NCBI GenBank assembly: GCA_963693365.1
Contig: CAVNZM010000007.1
Span: forward strand, 1,163,979-1,227,978
Origin: Amoebidium appalachense
Lineage: Eukaryota > Protista > Ichthyosporea
Direction of reading: 5' to 3'
DNA: 64,000 nt
In this document: positions 55,481 through 64,000 of the stretch, piece after piece
Layout: each line of letters opens with the position of its first letter
Numbering within the stretch: the stretch's first letter is position 1
Notes under the pieces: model-generated
What the model saw: the letters and a program-made list of their open reading frames with translations, nothing else
The model's database searches: none
Told to the model about the DNA's origin: nothing
Translations under genes and position numbers: made by a program

Positions 55481-55874
55481 CTCCCTCTCCCCCCGACACT
55501 TCTCTTTGTGTGTGCTGTATAACTTCTGTTGTCCGTCGTGAATGTATACATCGTACTCTGGAACACATCCCCTCCTTCCTGTCCCTCCCCCCCCCTCCCC
55601 CCCCCCCCCCAAACAACCACCCACCCCACCCCATCCCCCCCTCCCCCACTTCCCCCTATTCTGTCTGGGAACTCCGTGTCTTTGTGTTTTTGTGTGCCTG
55701 TGCCTTCCACCTGTGTGTCCTGCTCTTCGTGCAGACGCACTTACCATTGCTTGTACCTACACCTACGTGTTTGCTTGCACTACGCCTTGGCTGCTTTTTG
55801 GTACTTGTGTATGCTGCCCCCCCCCCCCCCCCCCCCCCCCTTCCCCTCCCCGACACCCACACACCGCACACGCG

Positions 55875-55930
<56 letters not shown>

Positions 55931-56736
55931 TGTTCCCATACTTTGTGTGTCTGGGACCATTTTCACACATCTGCACTCCCTTGCCCGTGATGAATTTGCA
56001 CTTACTGTGGATGGGCCTGCTTATGTTGCATCCCCTCTGTGTGCGCCCTTTCATGCATATTCACATTTAATATCTCTGCAAATTTGGTTACTTCCCACTG
56101 TGTACCGTATTTACCTACCTCTCCCCCCTCCCCCCTCCCCCCTCCCCCCCTTCACCCCCCTGCGTGGCGTCAAGTTGGGCATAGGGTTGGAACCGGATTA
56201 CCATACATGGTACAAAGTATTTAGAAACGTGTCCATAAATCTGATCTATCAACAACAAGAGTACGCACAACTCCCCCCCCCCCCCTCCCCCCCCAACCAC
56301 CACCACCACCACCCAGCGCCATTTTCTAACAACGCGTAATTTTCCAAATTTTCCCACAGATGCTAAAACACGGGGACGACACGCAAATAACCGAAGAGTT
56401 TCTCTCGGAGGCGTTTGTCATGACCGAACTTCACCACCCCAACCTTCTTTCCTTATATGGTGTTGTGACCGTTACACACCCAATATGCATCGTTACCGAA
56501 CTTTCCCTCCGCGGTAGTTTATTGGAGGTTTTGAGTAGTAGGGGGAAGGGAATGGCGGATGAAATTCCCGGGATTGCCAAGCAGATAGCGAGTGGTATGG
56601 CGTATATGGAGTCAAAGGGGTTTGTGCACAGAGATTTGGCTGCACGGAACATACTTGTGTTTGACCCTCAGACGGTTAAGGTTGCCGACTTTGGCCTCAC
56701 GAGGAGGTACGTTTTAACTTTCGCTCTTTCCTTCCC

Positions 56737-56785
<49 letters not shown>

Positions 56786-56959
56786 ACACACTTACTTTCG
56801 CGCGATCTCTCTCCCTCCACCCCCCTCCCTCCTGCCCTCCCTCTCTCTCTCGCTCTTTCCCTCCCTCCCTCCCTCTCTTCCTCCTCTCTCCCTCCCTCTC
56901 TTTCTCTGTCCCTCCCTTTTCCTACACCTGCACACACCCATTTCTCCAAATGCCCCTAC

Positions 56960-57009
<50 letters not shown>

Positions 57010-58029
57010 TTTCCAATAAACAAACACCACCACCACCATCATATGCATACTCCTTTCTGTCCGTGTGTGCTTTGCAAAAATTTCATTTTGTCTGTCGTGA
57101 ATGTCCACGTCGAAAAACCCCCACCACCATGGCCACCGCCACGTACGCGTCCACACACACACACACCACAACCCACCACCATATCCTCGGACACTTCCAT
57201 GCACTTTCTGGAATGCTATGTCTTCTACCTTCTTACCCCCCCCCCCCCCCCCCCCCTCCCCCTCCCCCTCCCCCCCCCCTCCTCTCCCCCCCCCCCTCCT
57301 CCCTCCCCCCCCCCCCCCCCTTCCCTGGGGCCCCGCTGGGCTTACGATGTATGCTCTTGGTGCATGCTTTGCACTCTGGGTTTGTGTTATCCGTCATGAA
57401 TCTGTACATATGCTTCGTACGCTGTAATGCCTTCGTGCTCCCCCTCTCCCCCTCTCCCCCCTCCCTGCCTTTTACCTTTCTCTCATCCTCCTGCTATTAA
57501 GCTTTTCTCACCCCCTGTTAACCTTCCCTTACTCTCTTTTACCCTCCTCTCACCAACCAATCCACTCAGGCTCGCACCCGAAATGGCGGGTACGAACGCG
57601 CCCGTCGGAACCATCGTACCAATCAAATGGACCGCCCCGGAGGTGGTGCGTGAGAATTTCTTCGTTGCAAAAAGTGATGTGTGGAGTTTCGGTGTTACTT
57701 TATGGGAAATATTTTCATACGGTCGGGTACCATACGCCCGCATGGGCCCGAAAGAACTAATGGTATTTTTGGAAAAGGGCGAACGTTTGCAGATTCCAAA
57801 GGGGTGCCCAGTCGCGTTTTTCAAGTTGATGCAAAAATGCTGGGAGTGGAAGCCCAACCACCGGCCGTCGTTTGCGGAAATTGAGTCGCAAATTGACGAA
57901 ATTTTGTCGAACCCCGCCATGCTTAAGGCTGAGAGTGAAAATGAGGAGGTTTTACCCATGCCGACAACTCCTGTGTCGGTCTTGCGGCGACCCCCACCCC
58001 CCATTCCGCAAATTCCGCAAACGAAATGA
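52483..58029 (+). CDS. Cytoplasmic tyrosine kinase SH3-SH2-TyrKc, Csk-like (~548 aa)
   Basis: Exons 52483-53228, 55147-55240, 56360-56706, 57570-58029 (1647 nt, in phase). SH3 WW, SH2 WFHG..FLIRES, GSGQFG, VAIK, HRDLAARN, DFG, PIKWTAPE, GRVPY. Confidence 0.92.
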
Positions 58030-59263
58030 AAAAACGGTGAAATATATGGTTGTGTAGTGTAGGCTGGGACATTGTTTTGTATACGTATCGAGCTCGGTAC
58101 ACACACGTACATGAACATGCACACTTACAGGCGCTCGCACACTCACATACACACACATACACACGCGCGTATACACGCGCACGTGCACACACGCGCCCAC
58201 ACGCGCACACACGCGCGCGCGCGCACACACACACACACAGACGCACACACGCACACACGACCACACGTTCACGATTTCCCCACCCTCCCAATTCTATTGA
58301 CAACGACATGGGACACACTATTCTAGAGAGTTCTGTTTTCTATGCTTTGCACTTGGTTTCACGCAAAAACAACACAATTTGTTAAGTATATCGTCCATGT
58401 TGAATCGGATTCAAGGAGCACGTAATTTATCTGCATATATCCATGTGACCATTTTAGAAGTTGTTTTGAAATCCGTCTCAAATTAAAATGATTTGTATAA
58501 ACCGGTTATATTAGTGATTGAGTTAAGATTTAAAAACAGGTTACCACACCGTATATGTAAGAATATTTCTGGTTGTAAATCAATTCACACATCAATAATT
58601 ACGTACATTTTCTATATATATAGACTCATGGGCGTGGCGCTTGGGCCAAAGACTCCAGAAATTCCAATACATCGCTGGGTGTTTTATTTTGGGTTTGAGA
58701 CAGCGTACATGTATACGAGTATTTTGAATGTCGTTTCGTATTCCAGGTTGTGTGGAAATATATCAACACTATAACCAATGATCCCCTTGATGACCAAGAG
58801 AAAGGCGTCTGAATCAATCACATGTATGTGTGTGTGTTATGTATTCTTTATGTAACACTGTGTGCATGCCATGTACGGTGCGTGTGTGTGTAGACATATG
58901 TATGTAACACTGTTATATACCGTGTAGCAGTTTCCATTCGTGCTCGCATTCAACTTAGTAATTCCTACGTACATGTCTGGTCACGGTTGCTTGCATGTGT
59001 GACACTGCTCGTATCTGTGTGTGTGTAAAGTGTCCAAGAAACATTGACAAATATTCACAGAAGAATGCGTGGATAATGTTAAAAAAATTTTAAAACAAAA
59101 CACACTCCGCACAACTCAAATACCCGGAATGGACATATGGCCACCCCTCTAAGTACTTGCATATATATCCTGAAACCATCACTAAAGTGTACACCCTTAA
59201 GGTAAAATGCTCTTCGATATTCAATCCATCCATAATATTCAATGCAAACTGGGGACAAGAACT

Positions 59264-59309
<46 letters not shown>

Positions 59310-59475
59310 GGTCACCGAACAATGTCATACATAAGAACAGTGAGGATTCGGGAAACACCCTCGAAAATCTCTACCTACAACTCGAGCTCAATACCAATGG
59401 CAAACGCTAAAGGAGTCTCCCAATCACAGTTTGCCCAATCGCATTGCAGCGTTGCAGCATGTAGCTACCCAATCA

Positions 59476-63440
<3,965 letters not shown>

Positions 63441-63450
<10 letters not shown>

Positions 63451-63615
63451 CTACCATATATATGGCACGTCGGCAATTACCATATATGGCAAGTCAGCAC
63501 ACTACCACATATGGCAAATTAGTACACTACCATATATGGCAAGTCAGCAATCACCATATATGGCAAGTCAGTGCACTGCCGTATATGGCAAGTCAGTGAC
63601 TACAATACATGGCAA
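63441..63615 (+). repeat. Minisatellite, ~7 imperfect 22-27 bp units
   Basis: Repeating CTACCATATATGGCAAGTCAGCA. Confidence 0.8.
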
Positions 63616-64000
63616 TTCATGGCAGGCGCAGATTATTGAGTTGTAGCCTTAAGTAGGTGCATGTGGGCACGTACAGTGCCCCCCCCCCCCCCCCTCCCCC
63701 CGCACATGCAAAGCACACTGTGGGTGGGTGCAACCCTTTACCTTACTGGGCCACATACCCACGTCTACATCTACAAATACAAGTGACGTAACACCGTGCA
63801 AATAGCAAGCAGGTTTTCTAAAGAGGCAAGAGGCCACATGCACACATTCACACACAATATACACCAAGACACACAAATATGCAACCCCGTTACACCAACA
63901 CACACACACACGCACACACACGCACACACACACACATTCTAACTTCCCTTTCCACCGTCCACGCTCGCTCTTCCCATTTCGTCTTACCTCCACTCCTCTC

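Overview
Eukaryotic, intron-rich DNA full of poly-G/poly-C runs and (GT)n/(GA)n microsatellites. An SH3-SH2 tyrosine kinase suggests a holozoan host, possibly unicellular (inference only). The first ~47 kb is a nest of transposons whose boundaries can mostly be read from the sequence. (1) A THAP/DDE_Tnp_4 (ISL2EU/Harbinger-group) transposase faces an Exo1/XPG-like nuclease ORF. (2) Two decayed copies of an unclassified TIR element ('element X') carry OTU, CXC and Myb-like remnants. (3) Copy 1 holds a 15-kb Ginger-like DNA transposon (TGT...ACA TIRs). It encodes a 5-exon integrase-chromodomain-USP-like protein and a divergent 8-exon gene with a degenerate amino-DNA-methyltransferase-like C-terminus, plus two inverted tandem arrays of one 19-bp palindrome. 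(4) A PIF/Tourist-type element (TTA TSD) contains element X copy 2, which contains a Copia-type TRIM whose 3' LTR is split by an Ngaro-like tyrosine-recombinase retrotransposon; copy 2 also holds a solo LTR. (5) The same PIF-type element contains a DDE transposase pseudogene with an inserted WRN-type exonuclease. The last ~15 kb carries likely host genes: an unknown gene, a Csk-like kinase and the 3' part of a CWF19L2 homologue. All domain calls are from motif recognition by eye; no searches were run.
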